A DNA stretch of 64,000 nt from Planctomycetota bacterium (GTDB lineage Bacteria; Planctomycetota; UBA8108; SXIK01), in contig CBDCXR010000004.1 in the NCBI GenBank assembly GCA_965223845.1, positions 1,536,001 through 1,600,000 of the forward strand, in the 5' to 3' direction. Each line of letters begins with the position of its first letter. Position 1 is the first letter of the stretch. The notes beneath the pieces are model-generated. The model made no database searches. It was not told the origin of the DNA and saw only the letters and a program-made list of their open reading frames with translations. A program made the position numbers and the translations under genes. Below are positions 1-9,652 of this stretch, piece by piece.

Positions 1-2
1 TG

Positions 3-44
3 GACACGGCCCCGTCGATCCGCGAGGATCGGCGGGGCCGTGTC
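3..44 (+). terminator. 19-bp GC-rich hairpin with GCGA (GNRA) loop, probable terminator/stabiliser of an upstream transcript
   Basis: gacacggccccgtcgatcc-gcga-ggatcggcggggccgtgtc pairs fully with one G-U; no clear U-tract. Confidence 0.45.
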
Positions 45-151
45 GCTAGTGGCTCCGGCCGATTCTCCCTCTGACTTGGGGGCGAAGTCGGCGAGGACCG
101 CATTCGAGCTGAACCCGACTCCCCGCGCAGGTCCCCAGAGATAGACTTCGC

Positions 152-742
152 ATGACGAGAAAGGTGTTTCTCATCGGATACCGCGCGACGGGAAAATCGA
201 CGTTCGGTCGCCGGCTCGCCGAGCGGCTCGGGGTGGAGTTTTGCGATACCGATCGGATCGTTGAGCGCGAGATCGGCGAGTCGATTCGTGAGTATTTCGC
301 CGCGCATGGAGAAGGCGCGTTCCGCGAGAGGGAGGCGGCCGTGCTGCGGCAGGTGTGCCGGAGAGACGAGACGGCGGTCGTCGCTACGGGCGGGGGAATC
401 GTCCTCGACCCCGAGAACGTCCGCGCGATGCGGGAGGCCGGTCGCGTGATCTGGCTCCGCGCGGATGCGGCAGCGATTCGGGAGCGGCTCCGGTCGGACG
501 CCGGATCGGCCAACACTCGACCGTCGCTCACCGGCGCCGGTGCGATCGAGGAGGTGGACGAGGTCCTCGCCGAGCGTACGCCGCTCTACGCCGAGAGTGC
601 GCACGAGGTGATCGACACCGAAGAGCGCGATGGGGACGCAATCGTCGACGAATTGGTGAGGCGGTGCTCGCGGAGTCCGGGAAGAGATCCCGGATTCTCC
701 AGCGATCCGTCCGATAGTAAGGACGTCGTCGACCCGAGTTAG
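152..742 (+). CDS. aroK: Shikimate kinase
   Basis: LIGYRATGKST P-loop, DTD, GEGAFREREA, VVATGGGIV, RPSL, R-x-PLY motifs. Confidence 0.93.
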   Translation: MTRKVFLIGYRATGKSTFGRRLAERLGVEFCDTDRIVEREIGESIREYFAAHGEGAFREREAAVLRQVCRRDETAVVATGGGIVLDPENVRAMREAGRVIWLRADAAAIRERLRSDAGSANTRPSLTGAGAIEEVDEVLAERTPLYAESAHEVIDTEERDGDAIVDELVRRCSRSPGRDPGFSSDPSDSKDVVDPS

Positions 743-838
743 ACTCGGGCCGGGACCGCCGGCGGAGGACGGGCTCAAGCCCGCGGGAGTCTCTCCTGGA
801 TCTGTCTTGCGCTGCGCCCGCTGGGAGAAGGAGTCGAG

Positions 839-1936
839 TTGGACGACGCAGTTCGCATCCTCGTCGCTGGAGTCGCGGTCGTCTTCGGAGCCGCCGTCGG
901 CAGCTTCCTCAACGTTTGCGTGTACCGGCTCCCGCGCGATGGCATGTCGCCGAATCGACCGCGCCGCTCGTTCTGCCCGCGCTGCGGGTTTTGGATCCCG
1001 TGGCGCGATAACCTGCCGATCGTGAGCTGGTTGGCTCTCGGCGGACGATGCCGGCGCTGTCGCGCCCCGATCTCCGTCCGCTACACGATTGTCGAAGCGC
1101 TCACGGCGGTGCTGTTCGCCGTGCTCGCCCTCAAGTTTCTCGCCGCCGAAAGTCCTCAGATCGGCCTCTTCGCGGTGCTCGTCGCACTCGTCTCGGCTCT
1201 CATCGTCGCGTCGTTTATCGATCTGGAGCTGCGGTTGCTTCCCGATCGCATCACGATCGGCGGAATGATGCTGAGCCCGTTCGTCGCGCTCGCGGTTCCC
1301 GAGATGCACGCGCGTCCCGTCGACGATACGGTCGCGTGGCTCCTTGTCGCGGCGCGACCGGGGGTCGAGGCGGCGAACGCGGCGCTTCCATCGCTCTCTG
1401 GGGTCGGGATCGCGCTGGTGGCGCTTCTGGCGACCGCTCTGGGCGCAGCCGGCGGACTCTACGGGTTCGCCGGCTACTGGCGCCTCGCGCACCGTGGGGT
1501 GCCGAAGCCGCTCCGCGACGGTGCGCTCGGGGCGGTGCTCGCGGGAGTCGCGTCGGGCACGGCGACCGTCGTTCTCTTTCGGCCGGAGCTCCTCCTCTCG
1601 CCGCGCGTCTACAGCTTGTGCGCCGCGGGGGCCGGAATGTTTGCCGGCGCGTCTCTCGTGCTCGGTGTGGGGGTGTTCGGCCGAGTCGTATTTCGGAAGC
1701 CGGCCATGGGCTTCGGAGACGTGAAGCTCATGGGGCTTCTCGGCGCCTTCACCGGCTGGTTCGGCGTCTTCATCGGTTTTTTTCTCGCGTGCTTCGTGGG
1801 GTCGATCGTCGGCGTCGCGATCCTCATCCGGCGACGCGATCACTACCTGCCGTTTGGGCCGTTTCTCGCTGCCGGTGCTCTCTTCTACATTCTCTGGCCG
1901 GATCTCGTGGCCCGAGTCCTCGACTGGTGGCTCTGA
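839..1936 (+). CDS. pilD: Prepilin peptidase/N-methyltransferase (A24A) with internal hydrophobic insertion
   Basis: GSFLNVCVYRLP, RSFCPRC...GRCRRC zinc motifs, FIDLE and MGFGDVKL catalytic Asp motifs, LPFGPFL; TTG start. Confidence 0.93.
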   Translation: MDDAVRILVAGVAVVFGAAVGSFLNVCVYRLPRDGMSPNRPRRSFCPRCGFWIPWRDNLPIVSWLALGGRCRRCRAPISVRYTIVEALTAVLFAVLALKFLAAESPQIGLFAVLVALVSALIVASFIDLELRLLPDRITIGGMMLSPFVALAVPEMHARPVDDTVAWLLVAARPGVEAANAALPSLSGVGIALVALLATALGAAGGLYGFAGYWRLAHRGVPKPLRDGALGAVLAGVASGTATVVLFRPELLLSPRVYSLCAAGAGMFAGASLVLGVGVFGRVVFRKPAMGFGDVKLMGLLGAFTGWFGVFIGFFLACFVGSIVGVAILIRRRDHYLPFGPFLAAGALFYILWPDLVARVLDWWL

Positions 1937-2045
1937 ATCCGCGCCGGGGCCAGTCTTCGACTTCGACCCGGCTGGAATCGGGTCCTCGGCCGCCGTTTCG
2001 CGCGGGGAGATCGAATGAGCAGGCCGGGAGGCTCGAGGTTGGCAC

Positions 2046-2074
2046 TTGCCACTCCGAGACCGCCTGGCTAAACT
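2046..2074 (+). promoter_or_regulatory. Putative sigma70 promoter TTGCCA-N17-TAAACT
   Basis: Near-consensus -35/-10 with 17-nt spacer in the pilD-ompA intergenic region. Confidence 0.5.
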
Positions 2075-2528
2075 CCAGACCCGTACATCCAGCCGAGCCG
2101 AGCGCGGACGTTCCTTTCGACCGAGCGGACGGGCGAACGCAGAGCCGGATGTGGAGTGAAGTGTCTCCCTGAGGCGCCACCGCTGCGACGAGGAGTCCGG
2201 CCGGACGGTTTCCGGTCGAGTCGCGGAGGCGAGAGCTTCGGGGGCGAGAACGGATTGGTGGTGTGACGTCGATCGTCCCGCGGTCCCTCCGATGTCGATG
2301 GGCGCCCTGGCCTCGTCCCGCGCGGCGAGCGGAGTGCTCCAGCGACGCGCCGAACTGGCGTGGCGGACGGCCGGAACGGAGCACGGCGCAGTTGCGTCGT
2401 CACGTCACCGTCGAACCCGTAGGTGCCGCCCCGGCGAGCGGTGCGGGATCCAGCTCGGACCGTGCCTTCGGCGATAGTTCAGGCGGAGTTGGCCTTCGGG
2501 CGAAATCGGGAGGAGAGGTAGAAGAGAG

Positions 2529-3230
2529 ATGAAGCGACAAAGACTTGGACTGTGTGTCCTCGCTTTCTTGTGGATGGCGTTCGGTTCTGGCTGCGCGATG
2601 AAGAGTCTGCGCGAGACGAACCAGCGTCTGCGGGAGTCGAACGACCGGTTGATCGCCGAGAACAACCGCCTCGAGGCGGACCTCGATGAGCTGCAGCGTT
2701 CCCTCGCTTTGGCGCCGCCGGTTCCTGAGACTCCGGCGCCCGATCTGAACGCCAACCCGGCGCCGGTGACGGAACCCGTGATTCGCGCCGGCGACGCAGA
2801 TCTCGTGATCGACTCGCTCGAGGAAGGAGTGAGCGTCTCGCGCACCGACGACGGGATCAAGATGACGCTCGAAGACCGCATCTTCTTCTCGCCCGGCCAG
2901 GCGAAGCTCTCGAGTCGTGGTCGGCAGATCCTCGCGCGCGTGGCACGAATGATCCGTCGCGAATACGCCGGTCACAACATCCGTGTCGAGGGGCACACGG
3001 ACGACACGCCCACGCGAAAGGTGAAGCATCTCTACCCGACGAACTGGGAGCTCTCGACCGCGCGCGCCTGCTCGGTGGTCCGAGAGTTGATCACTCACGG
3101 CGACGTCAATCCGTCGACGATTTTCCCGGTCGGTTACAGCTATTACCGGCCGCTCGCGTCCGGATCGTCGTCGCGAGCGCGGAGTCAGAACCGAAGGGTG
3201 GAGATTACCATTCTCGATCGCGCGGGCTGA
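2529..3230 (+). CDS. OmpA/MotB C-terminal-like peptidoglycan-binding lipoprotein with coiled coil
   Basis: Signal peptide with lipobox FGSGC, coiled coil, then IRVEGHTDD...NWELSTARA...NRRVEI OmpA-like motifs. Confidence 0.85.
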   Translation: MKRQRLGLCVLAFLWMAFGSGCAMKSLRETNQRLRESNDRLIAENNRLEADLDELQRSLALAPPVPETPAPDLNANPAPVTEPVIRAGDADLVIDSLEEGVSVSRTDDGIKMTLEDRIFFSPGQAKLSSRGRQILARVARMIRREYAGHNIRVEGHTDDTPTRKVKHLYPTNWELSTARACSVVRELITHGDVNPSTIFPVGYSYYRPLASGSSSRARSQNRRVEITILDRAG

Positions 3231-3687
3231 GCCGCACGAGACTCCGATTCGCGAGTGAGGCCGTCCGGTCCGTAGACCGGACGGCCTCGTTTCGATGGTA
3301 GCGAGTGGCCGAGGGGTCGGCAGCGCGCGCCGCATCCCGCTCCGTCACTGAACTCCCTTCCCGCCGCCGTACGGCCGATAGTCGCACGCGATTGTCCGGC
3401 GGCGTGACGGTAACGCACGCTTCGTGGGGCGATCGGCGCGTTCGTATGCGTCGGCGGAACTTCCGATGGTAGTCTTCCGACGACTCTCGAAGAGATGAGG
3501 GCGCTTCCGGCGCGGCCACAGCGCTCGGTTCGGTCGTTCGCGCCCGGTCCCTCGTCCTCCTCGGGGCTCTCTCCTCCGCATTCATTCAGTCTTTCCTTCC
3601 GATCTCCCTTCGGGCGGAACGCAGCACGGGGCGGCTGCGCGTCGCCGATTCCCGTATCGATTCAACTCTAACGAGGAGCGTGCGCGC

Positions 3688-4758
3688 ATGGTCTCCATCG
3701 AGGAACTGGTCCAGCAACTCGTCGAACGCGGTGGTTCGGACCTCCACATGTCGGCGGGTTCGCCGCCGATGATCCGCGTCAACGGGCGACTCGTGAGCAC
3801 GGAGCAGGAAGTGTTGTCGGCGGAGCTCGTTCAGAAGCTCGTCTACAGCATTCTCGACAATGAGCAGATCCTCCGCTTCGAGAAGGACCTCGAGCTCGAT
3901 ATGTCCTTCGGGATCGCGGGGCTCGGTCGTTTCCGAACGAACGTGTACTACCAGCGCGGCACGATCGGTGCGGTCATGCGAGCCGTGCCGTACGAGCTGA
4001 AGACTCTCGCGGATTTGGGTCTCCCCAGCAACGTCTGCGAAGACATCTGCGCGCGACCGAAGGGTCTGGTTCTCGTGACCGGCGCGACCGGAAGCGGAAA
4101 GTCGACGACGCTGGCCTCGATGATCGACCACATCAACCGGACGCGGAACGATCACATCGTCATCATCGAGGACCCGATCGAGTTCGTGCACCGCAACAAG
4201 GCGAGCCTCGTCCACCAGCGCGAAGTCGGGAGCGATACGAAGAACTTCGGCGAGGCGCTGCGTACCGTTCTGCGGCAGGACCCGGACGTCATCATGATTG
4301 GTGAGTTGCGGGACCAGGAGACGATCGCCGCCGCACTTACGATCGCGGAGACGGGGCACTTGACGTTCGCCACGCTTCACACCAACGACGTGGTGCAGAC
4401 CATCAACCGAATGGTCGACGTCTTCCCCGCGCACCAGCAGCAGCAGATCCGAACGCAGCTCTCGTTCACTCTCGAGGCCGTGTTCTGCCAGCGCCTCGTC
4501 CCGCGAGCGGACCACCGCGGTCGCGTACTCGCCGCCGAGATCATGATCGCCAACTCTGCGGTGCGGTCCCTCGTCCGCGAGGACAAGACGCACCAGCTCA
4601 TGTCCATCATTCAAACGGGAAGCCGACACGGCATGCGGTCGATGAATCAGACGCTGCACGACCTCTATCGTCAGCATCTCATTTCGTTCGACGACGCGGT
4701 CTCCAACTCTTCGGATCCGGATGATCTCCGGCGGCTGCTTCAGCGGCAGGGAATGTGA
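3688..4758 (+). CDS. pilT: Type IV pilus retraction ATPase
   Basis: GGSDLH, GRFRTN, GATGSGKST, IEDPIE, LRQDPD, AETGHL, TLHTN, AVRSLVRE (AIRNLIRE variant); AGGAG RBS. Confidence 0.95.
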   Translation: MVSIEELVQQLVERGGSDLHMSAGSPPMIRVNGRLVSTEQEVLSAELVQKLVYSILDNEQILRFEKDLELDMSFGIAGLGRFRTNVYYQRGTIGAVMRAVPYELKTLADLGLPSNVCEDICARPKGLVLVTGATGSGKSTTLASMIDHINRTRNDHIVIIEDPIEFVHRNKASLVHQREVGSDTKNFGEALRTVLRQDPDVIMIGELRDQETIAAALTIAETGHLTFATLHTNDVVQTINRMVDVFPAHQQQQIRTQLSFTLEAVFCQRLVPRADHRGRVLAAEIMIANSAVRSLVREDKTHQLMSIIQTGSRHGMRSMNQTLHDLYRQHLISFDDAVSNSSDPDDLRRLLQRQGM

Positions 4759-4773
4759 TCTCGCGGGAACACG

Positions 4774-6495
4774 ATGCCAGTTCGCAAGTTCGATAAAAGA
4801 CTCCGGTCGATCCTACAACGTCGAGAATTGGTGGGAGAGGAGACCCTCGCCGCCGCCCTAGAGAAGGTGCGCGAGTCCGAAAACTCTCTCACTCAGGTCC
4901 TCCTCGCGGACGAATCGATTTCGGAATCAGATCTCGTCACGGCGCTCAGCGAGGAGACGCATCTCCCGCCGATCAACGTGGCGAAGGTCCAGCCCGACGA
5001 GAAGCTGGCCGAGCTCCTCCCGGAGAATCTCGCCAACTACTACGGGGTGATTCCGGTCGCGAAGGTCGGAAGCGTCCTCACGCTCGCGGTCGCCAACCCG
5101 TTCGACATTCTTCAGCTCGACGACATCCAGATCGTCACCGGGTGCGAGGTTCGGGCCGTGCTTTCCACCGAGGTCGCCATTAAGTCTGCGATCCCCGAGC
5201 TCTACAACAAGGGGCAGAAGGCGGTCGACGACCTCCTCGACAACATCGGCGACACCGAAGTCGAGATGAAAGAGGAGGCGAAGGACGACGAGCGCGAGGA
5301 CATCAGCGCGGTCCGCGATGGCGACGCCCCGGTCGTCAAGCTCGTGAACCTCATCATCGTCGAAGCGATCAAGCGGAAGGCGAGCGACATCCACATCGAG
5401 CCGATGGAAAAGACGGTGCGGGTGCGCTATCGCGTGGACGGCGCCCTCATCGAAGCGATGTCACCGCCGAAGAAGATGATGAGCGCGATCGCGAGTCGCA
5501 TCAAAATCATCTCCGGTCTCGACATCGCAGAGAAGCGGAAGCCGCAGGACGGAAAATTCCAAATCCGGATGGACGGCCGGAAGATCGACTTTCGAACGTC
5601 GCTCCTCCCGGTCATCCACGGCGAGAAGGTCGTCCTTCGTATTCTCGATTCCGGCAACCTCAGCCTCAATCTCGATATCCTCGGGTTCGAGGAGAAGTCG
5701 CTCGGAGACATCCGGGAAGCTACCGCGCAGCCCTACGGCATGCTCCTCGTCACGGGACCGACCGGAAGCGGAAAATCGACGACGCTCTACTCATGCATCA
5801 GCGAAGTGCTGTGCGTTGAGGACAACATCATCACGGTCGAAGATCCGGTCGAGTACGAACTCGAGGGGGTGAATCAGGTCCAGGTCAGCGTGAAGCGTGG
5901 GCTGACGTTTGCGGCGGCTCTGCGCTCCATTCTGCGACAAGACCCGGACACGATTCTCATCGGAGAAATTCGCGACCTCGAGACGATCGAGATCGCCGTT
6001 AAAGCGGCGCTTACCGGTCACCTCGTGTTTTCGACGCTGCACACGAACGATGCGCCGTCGACGATCACTCGAATCGTCGACATGGGAATCGAACCCTTCC
6101 TCGTCGCGTCGTCCGTCGTTTGCGTCTGCGCGCAGCGGCTGGCAAAGAAACTCTGCGACGACTGCAAGCGCCCTGTGGAAGAGACTCCGCCGCTCGACGA
6201 TCTCTACGGGATGGGATTCCTCGAGCAGGATCTCGCGGGGGCCGAGATTCAGTTCTACGAGGCCGTCGGCTGCAACCGCTGCGCCGCCGGCTACAAGGGG
6301 CGGTTCGCGCTCCTCGAAACGATGCCGCTCAACGACGAGCTGCGTCGGGTGATCATTCGGGGTGGTACCGCACTCGACATCAAAGACAAAGCGCTCGAGC
6401 AGCACATGATCGGTCTTCGCCGAGTCGGGCTGCTCAACGCCTTACGTGGCAAGACATCGCTTCAAGAAGTGATTCGAGTAACCATGGGAGAATAG
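4774..6495 (+). CDS. pilB: Type IV pilus assembly ATPase (PilB/GspE family)
   Basis: ASDIHIEP, PQDG, GPTGSGKST, VEDPVEY, LRQDPD, TGHLVFSTLHTN, CDDC...CNRC zinc site; N-terminal MshEN-like domain. Confidence 0.95.
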   Translation: MPVRKFDKRLRSILQRRELVGEETLAAALEKVRESENSLTQVLLADESISESDLVTALSEETHLPPINVAKVQPDEKLAELLPENLANYYGVIPVAKVGSVLTLAVANPFDILQLDDIQIVTGCEVRAVLSTEVAIKSAIPELYNKGQKAVDDLLDNIGDTEVEMKEEAKDDEREDISAVRDGDAPVVKLVNLIIVEAIKRKASDIHIEPMEKTVRVRYRVDGALIEAMSPPKKMMSAIASRIKIISGLDIAEKRKPQDGKFQIRMDGRKIDFRTSLLPVIHGEKVVLRILDSGNLSLNLDILGFEEKSLGDIREATAQPYGMLLVTGPTGSGKSTTLYSCISEVLCVEDNIITVEDPVEYELEGVNQVQVSVKRGLTFAAALRSILRQDPDTILIGEIRDLETIEIAVKAALTGHLVFSTLHTNDAPSTITRIVDMGIEPFLVASSVVCVCAQRLAKKLCDDCKRPVEETPPLDDLYGMGFLEQDLAGAEIQFYEAVGCNRCAAGYKGRFALLETMPLNDELRRVIIRGGTALDIKDKALEQHMIGLRRVGLLNALRGKTSLQEVIRVTMGE

Positions 6496-6498
6496 TGG

Positions 6499-7746
6499 AT
6501 GGCCAGTTTCCAGTACACCGCGGTTCGACCCGGCGGCGAGCGAATCTCGGGAACGATCGACGCGCCGAATGAGACCGAGGCCGCGTCGGATCTGCGCCGT
6601 CAGGGCCTAGTCGTCGTCAAGATCACTCGGAGCGGAAAGGGCGCCAAGAAGGGCGGCGGTCGCAAAGCGAAGGCCGCGTCGACCGCCGGGGCGAACACCG
6701 CTCGCGTGCGGGTGAAGTCGGCCGAGATGGTCGTCTTCACGCGACAGCTCTCGACGATGATCAGCGCCGGTATCCCGCTCGTCGAATCGATCGATATCCT
6801 CGCGGAGCAAGCCGACAACGTCGGCTTCAAGGCCTGCCTCGAGGACGTAACCGAGCAGGTGCGCGCGGGAAAAGATCTGTCGCAGGCACTATCCCGTCAC
6901 CCGCGACTCTTTCCGAACATCTACGTCAATATGGTGAAGGCCGGTGAGGCGAGCGGTCAGCTCGACGTCGTTCTTCAGCGATTGGCGGAGTATTCCGAGG
7001 CGGCCGAAGCGCTCAAGTCCGAGATCAAGTCGGCGATGACGTATCCCATCGTCTCGCTCGTGCTCGTGCTTGGAATCAGCGTATTCCTCCTCGTCTTCAT
7101 CATTCCGAAATTCCAAGACATGTTCAGCTCGATGTCGGTCGAGCTGCCGGCGATCACAAAGGGGCTGCTCGCGCTCAGTCTCTTCCTCAAGTCGAACTTC
7201 CTCTTGATCCTGCTCGGGACCGCCGGCGCTGTCGCCGGCTTGGTGATGTACTTCAAGACGGAGAAAGGTGGGTACGTCGCAAACTGGCTCACCTTGAGGG
7301 CGCCGATCTTCGGTCCGCTCTTTTCGAAGGTTGCGATTTCGCGGTTCAGTCGGACGTTCTCGACTCTGATCCAAAGCGGCGTACCGATTCTCGGCGCTCT
7401 CGAGATCGTGGCAGAGACGTGCGGCAATCGCATTTTCGCCGACGCGATCAACAACGCCGCGGAGTCCGTGAAGCAGGGTGAGACTCTCGGCGACCCACTC
7501 GGCCAGAGCGGCGTCTTCCCGCCCATGGTCACGAAGATGGTATCGATCGGGGAGAAGACCGGTGCGCTCGAGCAGCTGCTCGAAAAGATCTCGGAGTTCT
7601 ACGATCAGCAGGTGAAGACGACGGTGGACGGACTGACGTCCCTGATCGAGCCGCTCATGATCGGAGTCATGGGATTCCTGGTCGGCGGCATGGTCCTCGC
7701 GATCTTCCTCCCGATCTTCAAGATGGTCGGCTCGCTCAGCGGCTGA
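6499..7746 (+). CDS. pilC: Type IV pilus platform protein (PilC/GspF)
   Basis: FTRQLSTMISAGIP, AGEASGQL, SAMTYP, IGEKTGAL, IEP, AIFLPIF; three TM segments. Confidence 0.95.
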   Translation: MASFQYTAVRPGGERISGTIDAPNETEAASDLRRQGLVVVKITRSGKGAKKGGGRKAKAASTAGANTARVRVKSAEMVVFTRQLSTMISAGIPLVESIDILAEQADNVGFKACLEDVTEQVRAGKDLSQALSRHPRLFPNIYVNMVKAGEASGQLDVVLQRLAEYSEAAEALKSEIKSAMTYPIVSLVLVLGISVFLLVFIIPKFQDMFSSMSVELPAITKGLLALSLFLKSNFLLILLGTAGAVAGLVMYFKTEKGGYVANWLTLRAPIFGPLFSKVAISRFSRTFSTLIQSGVPILGALEIVAETCGNRIFADAINNAAESVKQGETLGDPLGQSGVFPPMVTKMVSIGEKTGALEQLLEKISEFYDQQVKTTVDGLTSLIEPLMIGVMGFLVGGMVLAIFLPIFKMVGSLSG

Positions 7747-7806
7747 GACCGTTCGCGTCGCGTCGAGTTGGTTCCGCGGTACCGCCCGTCCCGTGGATCC
7801 AACTCG

Positions 7807-7833
7807 ACGCGCGGAGATCCGCGCGTTTAGTTT
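7807..7833 (+). terminator. Possible intrinsic terminator after pilC
   Basis: acgcgcgg-agat-ccgcgcgt followed by ttagttt; overlaps a longer upstream hairpin (7759-7811). Confidence 0.4.
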
Positions 7834-7909
7834 CCCGCTTCGCGTCGTTTGAGAAGGATGGCGTTCGAGCAGGCAGAGAGAAGCGGTGAGACGAAGCGCA
7901 TCTTTCTGA

Positions 7910-9652
7910 ATGAGGACGAGAGCGATGGCGCCAGCGAGCGGACGAGCGGACGAGTCGAGCGATTCGCCGACGAAGAACGCGCTGCGCCCACCGCGAGCCG
8001 CGGCGCCGACGGCGATGCGCTACCGGCTGCTGCGCTTTCTCATCGCCCTACTCGCGCTCGGCCTCGTCCCGTTTCGACCGGAGTCGAGTGCTTCGCCGTT
8101 CGTTCTCACGGCGGTCGCCGCAGCGTACGCACTGTTTGCGGTCGCGCGCCTCCTCGCGCCGCGGGCTCGCACGTCTCGTTTCGAGGTCGGAATCGACGTC
8201 GCCACGCAAGGCGCACTCGTGTGGATGAGCGGCGGAGTCCTGAGCGTGTACACGCCGATTCTGTTCGTGACGCTCGTCGCCGCGACCGAGTTCGTCTCGG
8301 CGCGCGAGTCATTCGCGCTTTCGACGATCACGGCGGTCGCGTTCTGCGCCCCGATACTCGTTGAGCTTTCGCTCGCGGCCTACGCCGAATCCGACGCCCG
8401 GCCCGAATCGCCCGAGGCCGACGGGCAGTTCGTCAGCTCCTATCTCCTCGCGAGCACGCTCGGGCTCTACGTTTGCGCGTCGCTCGGCTCTCGTCTCTCG
8501 CAAGGTCGAAGACGCGACACGGAGCTCCATCGCGAAATCCTCGAAGCGATGGGGCAGGGCGTGATCGCGGTCGACTCGCGCGGAGCCATTCTCCAGATCA
8601 ACCGCGAAGCACGCCGGATCTGCGGTGTCGGGGAGAGTGCGACGGAGAGCGTCGGCCGGTCGCTCGACTCCGTCCTCACTGGAGAGAGCGGCCGTGCGGT
8701 CGCAAGCGTCATCGACCGGGACGACGCGACGGACCATCGCCTTCTTCTCGCGGCTCCGGGCGAGACCCCGGTGCCGACTCGAGTGTCGATCTCTCGCATC
8801 GCGAGTCCCCGCGCAAAGGCGGCAACTCGGATCGCTGTCCTTTCCAACTTGAGCCTCGAGCACCACATGGCGGATGCGGAGGCGCGGATCGAGGAACTCG
8901 AGCGCCTCCACGTGATGGCGCTCGGCATCGCTCACGAGATCCGCAATCCTCTCGCCTCGGTGCGCGGCTGCGTGCAGGAGCTCGAGCGGCGTCAACTGAC
9001 CGAGGAGCACGCGTCTCGACTTCGGTCGATCATCTCGCGCGAATCGGATCGGCTCAACGAGACCCTGGAATCCTTTTTGCAGTACGCGCGCCCCGGTGAA
9101 ATCACTCAGACGGACGTCGACCTCGGCGAGATCGTGGAGGAAGCGAGTGTGCTCATTCGCAACCGAGACGAGTTCGGAGCTCGTTCGCTCGACGTGCGCG
9201 TCGCCGAGGAGCCGAGTCGCGCAGCGATGCAGGTCCCTGGATCGCGCGATCAACTCATCCAGCTCCTTCTCAACCTGGGAATCAACGCCATCGAAGCGAC
9301 CGACGATCGGAGCGGTCGTCTCGAAATTGAGGTTCGTACGGCGAGCGGGACGCCGGACGAGGGGGATGGTGACCATCCGAAGGTTGTGGAGGTGAGTGTT
9401 TCCGACAACGGCCAAGGACTCTCGGCGGCCGAGCGCGAGAAGGTGTTCACTCCTTTCTACACGACTAAGGCGCGTGGAAGTGGACTCGGGCTCGCGATCG
9501 TCGAGCGCATCGTACGAAACCACGGTGCGACCATCGAAGTGTCGAGCGCGCTAGGCTCCGGGACGCGCTTCTGCGTGCGATTCCCGCGGAGTCGCGAGCG
9601 CCGCGAAAGCGATCCCCGCCCCGTACCGGTTGAGAGTGCGAGTCATGTCTGA
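7910..9652 (+). CDS. pilS: Membrane sensor histidine kinase, PilS-like (TM bundle, PAS, HisKA, HATPase)
   Basis: Multiple TM helices, PAS-like segment, IAHEIRNPL H-box, NLGINA N-box, DNGQG, GSGLGL; synteny pilC-pilS-pilR; start uncertain. Confidence 0.85.
   Translation: MRTRAMAPASGRADESSDSPTKNALRPPRAAAPTAMRYRLLRFLIALLALGLVPFRPESSASPFVLTAVAAAYALFAVARLLAPRARTSRFEVGIDVATQGALVWMSGGVLSVYTPILFVTLVAATEFVSARESFALSTITAVAFCAPILVELSLAAYAESDARPESPEADGQFVSSYLLASTLGLYVCASLGSRLSQGRRRDTELHREILEAMGQGVIAVDSRGAILQINREARRICGVGESATESVGRSLDSVLTGESGRAVASVIDRDDATDHRLLLAAPGETPVPTRVSISRIASPRAKAATRIAVLSNLSLEHHMADAEARIEELERLHVMALGIAHEIRNPLASVRGCVQELERRQLTEEHASRLRSIISRESDRLNETLESFLQYARPGEITQTDVDLGEIVEEASVLIRNRDEFGARSLDVRVAEEPSRAAMQVPGSRDQLIQLLLNLGINAIEATDDRSGRLEIEVRTASGTPDEGDGDHPKVVEVSVSDNGQGLSAAEREKVFTPFYTTKARGSGLGLAIVERIVRNHGATIEVSSALGSGTRFCVRFPRSRERRESDPRPVPVESASHV

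Noticed and set aside
2040-2055. TGGCAC as a sigma54 promoter
   Set aside because: No TTGC at the required -12 spacing; fits a sigma70 -35 better
2186-2205. cgaggagtccggcc resembling RNase P GAGGAAAGUCC, and cgcagagcc nearby resembling a c-di-GMP-I riboswitch
   Set aside because: Key conserved nucleotides and the partner motifs are missing
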